Assembly: GCA_002104905.1 (NCBI GenBank)
Contig: MCFE01000062.1
Coordinates: 1 to 64,000, forward strand
Length of the DNA: 64,000 nt
Source: Basidiobolus meristosporus CBS 931.73
Lineage: Eukaryota > Fungi > Basidiobolomycota
Direction: 5' to 3'
Below the pieces are notes generated by a model. That model had not been told where the DNA came from. It ran no database searches and worked only from the letters and a program-made list of their open reading frames with translations. Both the position numbers and the translations under genes were made by a program. Shown here in pieces: positions 46,354 through 60,642 of this stretch (position 1 is its first letter; the number at the start of each line of letters is the position of its first letter).

Positions 46354-48078
46354 ATGTGGGGGAAAGGTAAATCCAGCAAGGACAAGAAGAGCACCACGAA
46401 TGCAGATCATGAGGAGGCTGTTCCCCAGACAGAGATCAATGAGGAAACCGGCATACCCCACTCCTCAAGAGAGGACGAGTTTGTTGTTGATATGCCTGGG
46501 GAGTCCAGGAGGGATCGGAACTTACGACAGTACAATATCGAAGCAATGAACCTCGTGCAAAACGCGACCGCCGCTGATCAGCGCCCGGCAAATGGAATCC
46601 TTTCGAATCTGCTAAAACTAAATGCTGCCGTCAGTAAGGCGAAGAAAAAAAAGTCAGCCAAAACCCATGATCGCCGATACAGTATCGACAGGCCACCACT
46701 TTCTAAAAACATCGGGTACAGGCGCTCGATCTCAAGCATGAGGAGTATGGTGAACCTAAGATCCTCGCTAGACAGTCGCAGAAGTTTGGATATTCAGGAC
46801 AGTGAAGACACAGATATAAGCATGGAGGAGAAGCTGAAAATCACCGCCAACATCGCCGAAATCATACTGAAGCAGGATTACCTCATTCTTCTTGCCAAGT
46901 CGTATGCGACGTTTGGTTCGCCTGCCCATCGTCTTGAATACAACATGGAGCAGGCATCCGCGGGGCTACAAATTGAAAGCTCCTACGCATTTTTGCCGGG
47001 GTTGATTTTGATCTCGTTTGGTGATCCAGATTTGCATACAAGTGATACTCACATAGTTCGTGTTACCAATGACTACTACATGGACAAGCTAGATCGTTGC
47101 TACAACATATCCAGGAAAGTCAACAACGCTGAACTAACGGTTGGAGAAGCGTATATCGAGTTGGAGGAGCTAATCAATGAAGCGCCGCTCTATCCACCCT
47201 GGGCGGAGGTGAGCACCTACGCCGTGAGCTCCTTTATCATTTGTCCCTTGGTATTTGGTGGAAGTTGGGAGGATGGGGTGGTCAGCGGAGGCTTGGGATT
47301 TCTTGTTGGGATGATGAGCTTGTTAGCCAGGAAAATCTACACCTATAATAGCGTATTTGAGATCACGGCAGCAATCCTCACTTCCTTGATTGCCACTGCT
47401 TTGCACAATCGAATCTGTTACGTTCCGGTCATGTTGTCTTCGGTGGTCATCCTCATTCCAGGGTTTGGTGTGGCTTCATCTGTGGTGGAACTGGCAGCTA
47501 GAAATATCGTATCAGGAACGGTGCGCTTGGTCTACAGCCTTTTCCTGGCCTTTCTTCTTGCATTTGGGATGTCTTTTGGCGCCCTGATCTACCGTGGTTT
47601 CGGTAAATTACCTGTAGAGGTCCAAGTTTGCGAACCGATCAGTCCGTACTGGTATTTCCTCCTCTTCCCGATAGTCACCATTAGTTTTGCCATGATTATG
47701 CGTGCAGCCCCAAGACAATGGCCTGCCATGGTTGGGATCAGCGGGGTCGGCTTCACGACCTACTACTTCATCTCTCCCGTAGTCCCTGCCACGGTCTCGG
47801 GCGTGGTTTCGGCGTTCATGCTAGCATTCACCGGTAACAGCTACTCTCGACTCACGGGCAACCTGGGTTTCCCCGCCATTCTGAATGGTGTATTGATCCT
47901 AGTCCCTGGAGGCCTTGGGGTCCGCGGAATATTCGAGGCACTGAGCGATTCCGCTGAGGGCCTAGCTTTAGCTTTTGAGATGGTAACAATATGCCTAAGC
48001 CTTGCTGTTGGACTGTTTTTCGGCTCCTTGATAGTATATCCGATCGGAAAGCGAAAGACTGTCTTAATGACATACTAA
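46354..48078 (+). CDS. DUF1212/ThrE family (PRM10-like) multi-pass exporter
   Basis: FGSPAHRLEY...AFLPGLILISFGDP...KLDRCY motif followed by ~10 TM segments with LIPG and LVPGGLG motifs. Confidence 0.88.
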   Translation: MWGKGKSSKDKKSTTNADHEEAVPQTEINEETGIPHSSREDEFVVDMPGESRRDRNLRQYNIEAMNLVQNATAADQRPANGILSNLLKLNAAVSKAKKKKSAKTHDRRYSIDRPPLSKNIGYRRSISSMRSMVNLRSSLDSRRSLDIQDSEDTDISMEEKLKITANIAEIILKQDYLILLAKSYATFGSPAHRLEYNMEQASAGLQIESSYAFLPGLILISFGDPDLHTSDTHIVRVTNDYYMDKLDRCYNISRKVNNAELTVGEAYIELEELINEAPLYPPWAEVSTYAVSSFIICPLVFGGSWEDGVVSGGLGFLVGMMSLLARKIYTYNSVFEITAAILTSLIATALHNRICYVPVMLSSVVILIPGFGVASSVVELAARNIVSGTVRLVYSLFLAFLLAFGMSFGALIYRGFGKLPVEVQVCEPISPYWYFLLFPIVTISFAMIMRAAPRQWPAMVGISGVGFTTYYFISPVVPATVSGVVSAFMLAFTGNSYSRLTGNLGFPAILNGVLILVPGGLGVRGIFEALSDSAEGLALAFEMVTICLSLAVGLFFGSLIVYPIGKRKTVLMTY

Positions 48079-49156
48079 TCAATACCCGCAGAGTATGGCA
48101 AAAGATTCGGTTGGGCGCACACCACATACGGCTGGAGTCTAGATACATGATGCACTCAAGAAAAGTGTAGGTGGAATGCGTTATCTGAAGCTGCAACTGA
48201 TGTAAGTAGGATTCGTTGACTATTGTTAGATATTATCCGCTACCCTCGACCTGTAAGATATCTTTGTATTTAAATCCTAAAGAGTTAATGTTTTATTAAA
48301 GCGTCAAGTTAAATGATCGTGCGATGTGCCACGAAATCATAGGTTGGTGATACATCTAATGATCTACACGGAAAAGTTGGAATCAGATCGATCTTCTCAC
48401 CACTCTCGCATTCGAATCCCAAAAGGTGGCTTCGAATCTCAATTTTATTCGATCCCTGTAATGAGGTGAGAGTATCGGAGTCCAATGAGGGTTAGACATA
48501 TCTGTATTGGGCACATTTTCCAATTGTGTAAGCGTAAGGACCCATCTAGTGCGGTCATAAATAGTTCTACCTATCCTGAAATAGGGCGGGTTGTTGGGTT
48601 GGGTATATCGAAATCCTCAAGGGTTGATTGATTTGCTGATATGCCAGTTACCGAGCACTCTTTTGGGCAATTTCCCTTTTACGGGCGATTCGAATAACCT
48701 GGAGTTAGGCTAGACTAGGTTACATGAATATGGCTCATTGATTGGTCTCTAGTCGTGAACAAACATTGCACAGAATCGGGCGTCTCAATGCCTAAGCTTC
48801 TTGGATAGCATTAGCAACTTCCAAATTAATATTCAAGCTGCCTCACGCAAAGTCTACGAACGAGTCTTACTCTACAGTAGAGACAGCTGACACACGGCTT
48901 ATGCTTGGCCATGAGGAGGACCCCAACGATTCTTCGCATTTCTGAGTAAATTCTCCTCTTAGGAAACCTTTTATAACCCTTTCCTCTCCGATTGGCGTTA
49001 GCTATCTCTCTTTTTTTAATCTCCTGATAAAGAAACCGCTAAAAAATATGGCTGATCCCGTGAAATGGTATTCGTCTTGGACTATATAATATATTACTGG
49101 GTTGCTCGCCGTTCCTATCGTTCTTTCCCTTTTACCGCTTTCATTTCAGTGTCAAG

Positions 49157-52100
49157 ATGGCGAAGCAATTCGATTCCAAGAGTGAGTTTAAACTGGAATC
49201 ACAAAAATTCACTGTTGCTAAGTATCCTCTACCATATAGAATATCTTGATGATACCCTGCGAAAGAGGATCATGTTCCTCGATGGTCAGTAGACGCACCT
49301 GTTATTTTCGCTTTATCCCTCCTAATTTCATTTAATATACAGGTGGTATGGGCACTATGATCCAAAGGCTCCGACTTGAGGAAAAGCATTTTAGAGGTAC
49401 ACGGTGTTTCCGAGTTGCGCCTTGTTGCACGTGAAGCCAGGCTTACTTTATTCGTCTAGGCACCCGTTTTATTGACCACGAGAAAGATCTGAAGGGAAAC
49501 AATGATGTTTTGGTTCTCACATTACCCGATGCAATCGTTGACATTCACAAAGAGTATCTGTTAGCCGGTGCTGATATGGTGGAAACCAATACTTTCTCTT
49601 CTACTTCGATTGCTCAAGCTGATTACGGTTTGGAGGACCTTGCTTATGAGCTAAACAAGGCAGCCGCAGAGGTTGCTAGAAAAGCTTGCGACGAAGTCAC
49701 TGAACTTCAACCAGATAAGCCTCGTTTGGTGTGTGGCTCTATGGGCCCTACCAACAGAACAGCTTCCATATCCCCTTCGGTTGAAAATCCATCGTATAGA
49801 AATATTACATTTGATCAGCTGGTAGAGGCATACAGGGAGCAAGCGCGCGGCTTGTTGGATGGTGGTGCGGATCTCTTGCTTGTAGAAACAGTGTTCGACA
49901 CCTTAAACGCCAAAGCTGCACTATACGCTATTGATGTTCTCTTCAATGAGGAGGGCTACAAAGAGGTGCCTATCTTGGTATCCGGTACTATCGTAGATCA
50001 GAGTGGAAGAACTCTTTCCGGGCAGACTGGAGAGGCCTTTGTCATAAGTGTTTCCCATGCAAACCCTACGGCTATTGGGTTGAATTGTGCTCTCGGTGCC
50101 CCACAAATGAGACCCTTTATCCAGAATATTTCGAACGCTACTTCGAAGTATGTCATTTGTTACCCTAACGCTGGACTACCTAATACCTTTGGTCAATATG
50201 ACGAAACACCTGAGATGATGGCACGTCATGTTGAAGAATTTGCTGCTGGTGGCCTACTCAACATTGTTGGTGGCTGCTGTGGAACTACCCCGGAACATAT
50301 CAAGGCAATCGCTGAAGTTTGCTCAAAATATCCTCCTCGAGTGCCATCTTTGGAGCAACAAGGAAACAAGATGCTGCTTTCCGGTTTGGAGCCTTTGGTC
50401 ATTGATGAAAACACGAACTTTGTGAATATTGGTGAGCGTTGTAATGTTGCCGGGTCCAAGAAATTTGCTCGTCATATTCTCAATAACGAGTACGAAGAAG
50501 CACTTGCTATTGCCAGAGCACAGGTAGAAAACGGTGCGCAAATTGTTGACATCAATATGGACGAAGGTCTCCTGGATGGTGTTGCTGCTATGACCAAATT
50601 CCTGAATCTGATTTCTACGGAGCCTGATGTCTCAAAGGTGCCTTTGATGATAGATTCTTCCAATTTTGATGTCATCGTAGCGGGCTTAAAATGCGCTCAG
50701 GGAAAATGTATTGTCAACAGTATCTCACTGAAGGAAGGTGAAGCCGACTTTTTGAAGAAAGCCACGATAATCCATCGCTTTGGAGCTGCTGTAGTAGTGA
50801 TGGCCTTTGATGAAGAGGGTCAAGCTGTTGATAGAAAGCGCAAGCTGGACATCTGTACTCGTTCCTACAACTTGCTAGTTGACCGAGTAGGGTTTAATCC
50901 TAACGACATCGTTTTCGATCCTAATATTTTGACCATCTGTACTGGTATGGAAGAGCACGACCATTATGCTGTCGAATTTATTGAAGCAACCCGTCTCATC
51001 AAAGCGAACCTTCCTGGTGCTAAAGTAAGCGGTGGTGTATCAAACATCTCATTCTCTTTTCGCGGAAAAGAGGTTATTCGACAGGCTATGCATAGCGTCT
51101 TCCTTTTCCACGCCATTAAAGCAGGTATGGATATGGGAATCGTTAATCCGGGCTTCCTAACCATCTACGACGATGTTCCTAAAGATCTGCTTGAGATCTG
51201 TGAAAAGGCCGTTCATAATCTGGATCCGAACTCCACTGAAAAGTTGCTTGAATACGCTGAAAAGCACGGCAACGTTGCTGGGAAAGTCACTGATGCGGAG
51301 GAATGGAGACAGCAAGACGCTTCTTCGCGACTATCTTACGCGCTTGTTAAGGGGATCACCAAATACATTATCGAGGATACTGAAGAAGTGCGACTCAACA
51401 AGGAGAGATACCCAAGGCCTTTGAACGTTATCGAAGGTCCTTTAATGGATGGCATGAACACTGTAGGCCAGCTTTTTGGTTCCGGCAAAATGTTTTTGCC
51501 CCAAGTCATTAAGAGTGCTCGTGTTATGAAGAAGGCGGTCGCTCATCTTATACCTTTCATGGAAGAAGAAAGACTAGAGCGATTGAAGGCTGGCGGCTTG
51601 ACCGATGACGGAGAGAGCATGTATAGTGGCACTGTAGTCTTGGCGACTGTTAAGGGCGATGTTCATGATATCGGGAAGAATATTGTGGGCGTGGTGTTAG
51701 GTTGCAATAACTATAAGGTAATCGATCTAGGAGTTATGACGCCAACTGAAAAAATTATCCAAGCCGCCATTGATGAAAAAGCCGATATTGTCGGACTGTC
51801 TGGACTTATCACCCCCTCCCTGGATGAAATGATCACAGTGGCCAAGGAAATGGAGCGCAGAGGTCTCAAAATGCCGCTTCTTATTGGCGGAGCCACCACA
51901 TCCAAGACTCATACTGCAGTCAAGATTGCACCCCGGTATTCGCAACCCACAGTTCATGTCTTGGATGCCTCAAGAAGTGTTGTCGTTGTATCGAATCTGT
52001 TGGACAAGGCTTCAAGAGAGGAATTCATTGAGGATTTAGCAGAGGAATACGAGGAGCTTCGGGAGGATCATTATGATTCGTTGAAGGACCGGAAATTTCT

Positions 52101-53100
52101 AACACTTGCGGCTGCCCGGGAACGTCGACTTCAGATAGATTGGAAGACTCAAAATCCTCCCGTGAAGCCAACATTCCTGGGAACGAAAGTATTCAAGGAT
52201 TACGACTTGAAGAAATTACTCAGTCACATCGATTGGAATCCTTTCTTCCAGACCTGGCAGTTGAGAGGCAGATATCCCAATAGAGGCTACCCCAAGATTT
52301 TCGACGATGCAACGGTTGGTGCTGAAGCCAAGAGATTATTTGATGAAGCCCAGGTGATGCTCCAGAAGATTGTGGATGAAGGGCTATTGCGTGCCAGCGG
52401 GACGCTTGCATTCTATCCGGCAAACAGCGTGGGTGATGATATCGAAGTGTATGAAGATGAAAGCCGCAGCAAGGTCATTTCCACCTTCCATGGCCTTCGT
52501 CAACAAGCAGAGAAAGATAGCGAGTCAAATGAGTCCTATCATTGTATATCTGACTTCATTGCTCCGAAGGAGAGTGGTATCAGTGACTACATTGGCCTCT
52601 TTGCCGTGAGCGCCGGTTTTGGTGCTGATGAGCTATGTGAGGTCTTCCAGAAAGATCAGGACGATTTTAATGTCATCCTGGTAAAGGCATTGGCTGACCG
52701 TCTAGCGGAAGCTTTTGCCGAGGCCTTGCATGAGGATGTCCGCAAAGAATATTGGGGCTATTCCCCGGATGAAACCTTGCAGACAAACGATCTTATATCT
52801 GTGAAGTATCAAGGAATTCGTCCCGCTCCCGGTTATCCAAGCCAGCCGGATCATACGGAAAAAATCACCATGTGGAATCTAGCGAAGATCCACCAGAACT
52901 GCGGAATTGAATTAACCGAGTCCCTTGCCATGGCCCCGGCTGCTAGCGTCAGTGGCTTGTACTTCGCCAATCCCGAAGCCAAATACTTTGCGGTCGGCAA
53001 GATCGATAAGGAGCAGGTGATGGACTACGCATCGAGAAAACAGATGGATATTGGGACTGTCGAGAAGTGGCTTCGTCCGATCCTTTCCTACGATTCCTGA
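49157..53100 (+). CDS. metH: Cobalamin-dependent methionine synthase, with three small 5' introns
   Basis: Spliced N-terminus [31 protein letters not shown].../[13 protein letters not shown]. Hcy-binding GGCCGT, pterin domain [14 protein letters not shown]12 motif [10 protein letters not shown]...SGL, activation domain [12 protein letters not shown]. Confidence 0.97.
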
Positions 53101-54694
53101 GTGAATGCGGTCAATCATATTGCACGATACATTGGATTCGATTTACCCATTCATCACACTTATTTACACATCGTCTCATAGTCAAGTGATGATTATGTGA
53201 CCACTTCATCTCTATATATCGCAGTCTCGAACAGACAGTATATCCCAGTATATATGTATTTGTTAATTTAGATGCCATGTATCATGATTATATACATCAA
53301 TCAATTTTGATTCAACATGACAACGCTGAAGCGACCAAATTGTGATTCATATGATTCCAGGAAACAATGATGTACAAGCTTTGGACCCCAGCTCAATAAT
53401 AATGATAATGCAGCTCTTTCACGGATACTTACGGTGCGCGGATAATCCATGGAAATAGGTGGGCGGCATGATGGGAGGTTTTACATGTCTCTTTTCCTAA
53501 GCCCATAATTAGGCAGAACAAAGGGTAGCCCCTAATGTTGCCACATATCTCGATACCCTGAGGGTTGAGGAGCCATCTGCACTCTCATCCCTATACATAC
53601 TGGCCCATTCCTGCTTAAATATATTACCATGATGACAGGTGGAGACTTGGTCCAACTCTGGCAATAGCAAGTTTCAGAGCTCGGTTGGCTTTAAGAAACA
53701 CCGCCACATATTTGGTTTCGCCAACTGTGAAAGTAATAAAACAATTTCACATGCACAAGCGATACAAAGGGTAGCTAGAAACTACATAGCTGTAGATTGG
53801 GATTATCATCATTTTGGTTTCGTGCTTGTTGGACAGGTCCCACTATTTAATAAATATAGAACATGTAAACTTGGCTGTCTCGAGTCTCATCTTGAACCAG
53901 CTATGCACAAGTGTATATAGCCAAGTCTAGTGGAATACCATACACGCAAGTATGGATCTTCTCTAAACAAACTTGAATGGGAGTTGCTGCGAAGTCAGGT
54001 GGAGGTAATAGATGCGCAAATTCAAGTGAATCTACCATTCTAGCATCTGGGTGCTACTATCAGATGACTTTGAGTAATGAAGCATCTGGTTGATACTTGA
54101 TTAGATTCAGGTATTTGTGTCCCACAAGCTTTCATCATTTAGTGATATTGGGTAAACTGAATCAGCTGAACTTTATCAATTTCTACAGGACCAGAAGGCT
54201 AGCTGTTAGGATTAGTTTGAACCTCACCCTCTAATCACAGCAATCATAGCGCTAATGAGTGTGTTGACAATGCCCCCGAGCCAGGTTAAGATACTGTGCC
54301 CAAAGTGTAGACGCACCATCCACATCTATATAGCTATGTTCTACCAACAGTGTCTTGGAATCAATCTTGGTTTATCGCATACCCCATGTATCCCATGGGG
54401 CCGATTCGTGTGGCAGTTAATATACTGTCTATATAAATTACGGGAAAGTCGTGCATAGTATGTATGTTTATGGCTAACCTCACCCCTTGATCAAACTAGT
54501 CTAGTCATTGACGTGATGGAGCTTCATGCATTGCCATTTTGGTACTCGGGAGTGACTTCGTTTTACCCATTTAACTTCCGATCATTCCTTCCTCAACAAA
54601 CCAAGACCCTCTTGGCATGGCGATTCCATTTATATAGTGATCCTTTCCCTGGCATTTCCGAAATCTAAAAACCCTGTAGTTACTACTTGTTCAA

Positions 54695-56472
54695 ATGAAT
54701 CCGTGCATAATCTATAGTCGAGACCTTGATGCAGCCTCTTCACAGCCTCAAATCCACAGCCCCTCTACTTGCTTCATCTCGCGTGTCCCTCATGAGATCA
54801 TTGAATATATGCTCTCATTTCTGAGGGAGGATTTGGCAGACTTATGGTCCTGCTGTTTGGTTAACCGCCAGTGGAATCATTTGGCTTCTTCAGAGCTATG
54901 GCGGACACCTGTCTTTTCCTCTCAGAAAGCAATTCGTGCCTTCAAGGAAACTGTAACAACCAATGTCAAAGGTATTTCTATCCACACTTCGCTTTTCTAC
55001 GCTGACACTAATGATTGCGTGGTATAGTGGCCAACCTTGTGAAGGAATTTGCCTTTGATGAGTACCGTTATCAAATCAGACCTATAGCGCGGGTAGAGGA
55101 ATTGATTCACTGTCTACCGAACCTGACCTCCATACGTCTACCACCCGTAATCCCGCTCTTCCGACCAAATTCCCTGCTCTCATTCGTTTCCCACTCGCTA
55201 CCGAACATCAAAAGCCTAGGCTACCGCGACAAAAGAATGGATCCGAATGAAATAGTGGATGATTTGGTTCGTGTACTTGATGGTTGCCACAGCATTGAGC
55301 ATTTGACACTGGATTTCGAGGAAATCAAGCCATTCCGCGAGTCCACCCTACAGAAACTTCAAACCTTACCGCCTATTTCGTCCCTAACATCGCTAGATGT
55401 ATGGAGTTACAGCGTTAAAGAGAGCTTCTTCAGTGCACTCTTTCCTTTGACACCAAACCTCCGTAAAATTTCCTTTACAACCACTCGCATTCCTCTCGAT
55501 ATAGTTCATCAGTTGGTTAGAAATTGCCCTCGATTGACCTCACTTCGAGTCAAGTTCCTCTATTCCGAAGATATGGACCACAAATCAATCCAGAAACTTT
55601 GTACTGACCTAATCCATGGATTCCGAGGCCAATTAAAGGAGCTGGGCCTGTCGTTCTTCAAAGACCCCAATATCCCACAGGATATACTCAACTCACTCTG
55701 GGATTCATCAATGTGTGAATGGGAGATTCTGAGTCTCTCGAACTTCGTAATTCCTACCAATTCCATGATCCGACTTTCGGAATCAGTTTCCGGCAAACTC
55801 AAGGTTCTAGATATGTGCAATATTATGGGCTCAATCCCGCAGGATCTCAAAGCTTGGGATTCTCTTTTGGGCAGATGCGGATCCAGCCTGACTTCATTGT
55901 TCATTGGAGGGAATTCCAACCTCGACGACTCTATTGGCCTACTCATTGCGGAGCATTGCACTAAACTTGAGAAGCTCTCATTAAGGAATACCTTGGTGAC
56001 TGATCGCACGGTAGTCGCAATCGCCAAGAAATGTGGGCCAAGCCTTCGCTATCTGGATCTGAGCGGAACTTCCACTGGAGCAGAAACCATCGACGCTATA
56101 TGCCAATACTGTTGCTGCATCAAGGATCTTATCCTGCAAAGACCTCTCTCACGACTAGATGAGTGTATGGATGGAGATGTGCTCATACCCCTAATCCAAA
56201 ACCACGGCCATAGGTTGAAGCGACTGAACATCTACTCTTGGAGAATCACTGACGAAGTTCTGAATACCTTTTCCGTTTATGGAAAGGGGATTCGTGAGCT
56301 AACCTTTATGAACAACCGGTATTTGTCGGATGAAAATCTCCGCGGAATGCTGGATCAATGTCGTAAACTCCGGAAGCTGTATATCTTTCCTCCGTTTTGC
56401 CCAAAGGATAGCACCTCATTCAGTCTGGAGCTGCTGGAAGAAATTCAAGAAAGATGTATAGACTACATATAA
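54695..56472 (+). CDS. F-box/leucine-rich repeat protein (RNI-like), two exons
   Basis: F-box ISRVPHEIIEYMLSFL...LWSCCLVNRQWNHLASSELW. Intron ~54971-55027. Cys-containing LRRs (HCTKLEKLSLRNT, CGPSLRYLDLSGT). Confidence 0.88.
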
Positions 56473-59400
56473 GTCGACCGGATTTCAATGACATCATCGC
56501 ATTCGAACGCTACTCTGTCGCCTCTGTTGATATGTAATGAAGAGGTCCATGTTTGATGTGGACTCGCTGTGTAAACTCTCCTATCTGTTTGTTATCCCAT
56601 TAATTGTATGTATAGCACCCCCCTACTTATTGTTACTGTACGAAGACGATAGATGGTATTCATCTTAAATTGCCAGTCGGTCTGATGCAATCCCATACTG
56701 CTCTAAATATCTAATAGCTCATATAATATACGTACTTCATATGACTTGTTGTCAAATTTCCATATCACTATTTCGGCACCAGGGTGAACCTCGTCATATG
56801 AAACCAAACTATCCGAGGGTATAGTAATGAAGATAATCATTACACCCACGGCTGCAACATGGCTTCCCATTTAAATGGTGATATACACTCAGTGTAACGC
56901 AGAAGGATTCAAAATCTGATTTTGGATACGCGATTACACGGATATTCTTCCGATTATCGGTAGAGGTTACCTTCGCTCAGTGATACTTTGGGATGTATTG
57001 CTTGCATGAGCTTTCCACCATTGTGTCAGGTTTCCAGTAGCTAGTCTTATTTAGTCAATGGATTATATTTATTATTTTATAGCTGAGCACATGAGCATAC
57101 GATGGCGCCAAAATAGGCCTTGGGGGAGCTACAATGGGTCAACAAGAAGCCTGGACGCCACACAATGACTTGTTCATGCAAATCCATTCTATAACCATAT
57201 CCTGCTAATAGTTGCCTCCAACTGCATTATACATCACTAGCATATACTCCTGGGCTCTTATAGACTGGGAACACCCACTTTGGAAGTGGGTTGTTTAAGA
57301 AATGACTCAGTAGCACGCTTTTGAACATTCACGAATCAAAATGGTATTTAATACTTCTGTTTGGAGACAAGGATGATGCTGAGGCATCCAGCAGAAATAG
57401 AATATCCAGACATTTTCTTGCCACGGGTGATCATCTCCCCTGTTTCCTCTCCTCACCGGCGAATTGTCAGAAACAGAGAACGTAGTGACGGCCATTTGCA
57501 CACTGCCAATCTCGAGAAAGAAATTCGATGTCTCAAAGGCGCCTGACCTAGTCCAGAATTCATTTTTGGGGAATCTTCGGTTCTTTAGATTCATGATGAA
57601 TCGGCCAGGATGGAATACTCGATCAATCATTCTACATGCATGACGTACATAATCTGGGAAGAATTGTGCTCTTTATAGATACACCTTTACTGCAGTATCC
57701 CTTGCTGTCGGCTAATACAGTAGAACATCCAACATTCATTAACGATAATACAAGCAGTGCACAAAATACCTTAACATATATATAAAAAGATACCAAAATT
57801 TGTTCTGGCAAGACCCAGCATTGGCCTACTAAAAATATCTCAGCCTATTCTTGAGGAAGAAAATACTGCGGATCCTAGTGTATGGCAATGGCAAAGTGAT
57901 TGACTCCTATATTTTATGAATCGCTTGGGACCGCAGCTCTCCTCTATGCAGAACCCGAACTTATATTTATCCGGTAAATAGTGTCCCAAATGCTGGCTTC
58001 ATGACTTGGGTTTCCCTACAGCCCATTTGTACAGAAGTTGCATGCACTAGGATTCCACACATTATATTGAAGTTTTGTTTGTATTGGGCTACACATCAGT
58101 CTTTGAAATACCTAATATTTACTGGAGGTCAGGAAACCTTTCAGATAATGAGAACTCCCCAAGGACAACTTGATCAGTCACAATAAAATTGGTAGCATCA
58201 GTGGATTGTAATCCCCTGACAGATACCTTGAATAACACTAGGTACAATTTGCACAATATCCGCTTAATCTAGGATAAACAGGCTATGAAGCTAGAAGTAC
58301 AGTGGCAAGCGACACCAGCCGCATGTTGGGTGGATATTAACCAGCCCTTACACCACGTCAAATTCCACAGGACCTAATTGCGTTGGCTCTTGGAGAATTT
58401 AGCTTATCGATTGAGTTTTATTTTAACCTAGATTAAGTCCGATTTAAAACAGGAATCAGTGTGGACATAACCGCCATATCAATATACTTACATAAACTTT
58501 CAAATCTGGGGAAATCTTGATCACAACGTACTCATTAACGCAGATGGCTGAAGTCATAAAGGGAATCACCCCTTTTAACTATACAAATGTCACCAGAAGA
58601 GTTTTTCATGAGTGGGGCTGAGTGAGATGTTGATTGTACATCTGCCAACTTGGTAAGCGTTTATGGAGCGAAGTATTCATGACACGACGCATAAAGCTTG
58701 GGGTTAATCAGAGTAAATTTTGGCGTATTTCAGGAGTAAAGATTGAAGGTAGAGCTTTGAGCAGCAAGCCAGTCAGCCACTACGCGGTTAGCCACCAGCC
58801 TTTCTCCTGGATAGCACACGGCTTTTAGGTGCTGGTGACAAGCTTTCTCCCGTGAAGTAAATGTAGACGCAAGTATTAGACGTATGGATCATCTTTGCGT
58901 TTCATTTCTAATTGGGCTGTTGGCTGAAAAGCAGCAAGCCGGCAACCAACAAACCCTCCGAACTTGCTGGAACCTCCCAAACTTTAAAGCTCATCAATGG
59001 CAAGAGGATCAATCATGAGCAATAGTACTTGTTCACACTGATGGAAGAGTATTATTATTATTCAGTGACCTTCCCAGTCTTTACATACATTTACGTTAGA
59101 TCAGCACAAGATCAATGGAATGGGCAGATTTTTGCCATCAGATTCGGCGTAACCAGCGTACATGAGCCAAAGTACTCTGGGACTCCGAACAAATGAATGG
59201 GACAGTTACTGTATGAAGTGCAATAAGGATCCACTCCGTTCAGGTTAGATTACCCCATCTACGGAATTAGTTACTTCTACTCTAAATTAGTGAGGCAACC
59301 ATCATTCGTGTGTTATAATCTATGCTTGAATAGAATACAGCCTTTCCTCGGCCAGCAGATATTAATTCAAATCATGTACAGGAAGTGCATCGTCCCTGCT

Positions 59401-59853
59401 TCAGCATTCTCCTCAGCTGAAACTTACACCAGTGCATGATAGCTGCTCCGTCACCACCCAAGTATGGCTATGGCGACTGCTAGAATTGATGTGCGAAAGA
59501 AGTATTTCAGATATTACCAAGCCTGTCAAAACTCACTCCATGTAAATACATCCCTGAATTTCTGAACTGTGCAGTACACGAATAATATCGCAAACATACA
59601 AAATCAATTTCCGGTGACAATTTTCAGGACCATGCACCATACTCGTGAATTCGAAATTATATAAATTCCCAGGTAACCTTCTGATTCGTTCTGATCAATC
59701 TCATTCCCCTCACTTACCACTTGCCCATTCCTTCGTCAGTTGGCCATCTTGTATTTACACTCAACGCTTTGCTCTATTTGTCCCTATTGTTATAGGTACA
59801 AAGGCTTTTCATGAAATTCCTTCGCACACTACGTACTAACGTTCTTCTGCCAG

Positions 59854-60642
59854 TTGCATTTAAGCATGCCGAGCTGGACTCGTTGTTTGCTATTAATCCT
59901 AGCAATCTTAATTTGCTCTGCCCGTCCAGCTGTTTTACCTTTGAAACCAGCGGACTCTCCTACAGCTGCTCCTCCACCAAATCCTGCTCCTACAAGTGAT
60001 GCTCTTCCACCTGCTTCTTCCGCTGCGCCTGCGCCAGCCACCTCCGCTCCTCAACCAACCACTCCTGCACCTGCACCTACACCAACACCTGACAAACCCG
60101 TTGCTTCTCCTGAAAATACTCCCTCCAACCAGCCCTCTGTTCCTGTTCCTCTGGTTCCGACAACCATCCCTGATCCAGGAAAGCCACACCCAACTGAGAA
60201 GCCTGCTGACCTACCAAATCCTGTGCCAACAAACGCTGACAAACCTACAAATGCGCCTGTAACTCCGACAGTATCTATGCAAACAACTATCCAAGGAAAC
60301 TCAATTATCACGAAATCCATTCTGGTTACTCCAACCAGAGGAAGCACCTCGGCCTCTTCTGTCCCTGCCACCGATGATTCCCCTCCGGTGCGACAGAATT
60401 CGACCGAAAGTGGCTCCAATCGCTCATTAGTAGCAGCAGGTGTTTCTGTAGGCGTGGTTGTTGTTCTGGCTTCGGTTGGTATCTTCATTTTCAGAAAGTG
60501 GAAGCTTTCACCATCCCGGCGCTTCCGATCCAAATTGGAGGAAGGAGAATCGTATCATCAGCTACCATCACGCTCAGGTTCTAGAAGGGACCTGGCCTCG
60601 CACAACCAAGATACCGTGTTCCTTAAGGAACTACACTCATAG
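59854..60642 (+). CDS. Pro/Thr-rich type I membrane protein (Mid2/WSC-like cell-surface protein)
   Basis: Signal peptide, P/T/A-rich stalk, TM LVAAGVSVGVVVVLASVGIFIF, basic RKWKLSPSRRF, C-terminal DTVFLKELHS. Confidence 0.8.
   Translation: MHLSMPSWTRCLLLILAILICSARPAVLPLKPADSPTAAPPPNPAPTSDALPPASSAAPAPATSAPQPTTPAPAPTPTPDKPVASPENTPSNQPSVPVPLVPTTIPDPGKPHPTEKPADLPNPVPTNADKPTNAPVTPTVSMQTTIQGNSIITKSILVTPTRGSTSASSVPATDDSPPVRQNSTESGSNRSLVAAGVSVGVVVVLASVGIFIFRKWKLSPSRRFRSKLEEGESYHQLPSRSGSRRDLASHNQDTVFLKELHS

Noticed and set aside
48405-48440. TTCGAATCCC T-loop-like sequence
   Set aside because: No cloverleaf stems or A-box found, so not called a tRNA.
24442-53100. Possible sulfur/SAM supply cluster (SulP, PCS, MetH) serving the NRPS methyltransferases
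   Set aside because: The genes are spread over ~30 kb among unrelated housekeeping genes, with no shared motif seen; probably coincidental.
57916-58377. 154-codon frame with only four internal TAG/TGA stops (possible pseudogene)
   Set aside because: The stop deficit is modest given six frames over many kb, and no family is recognisable.
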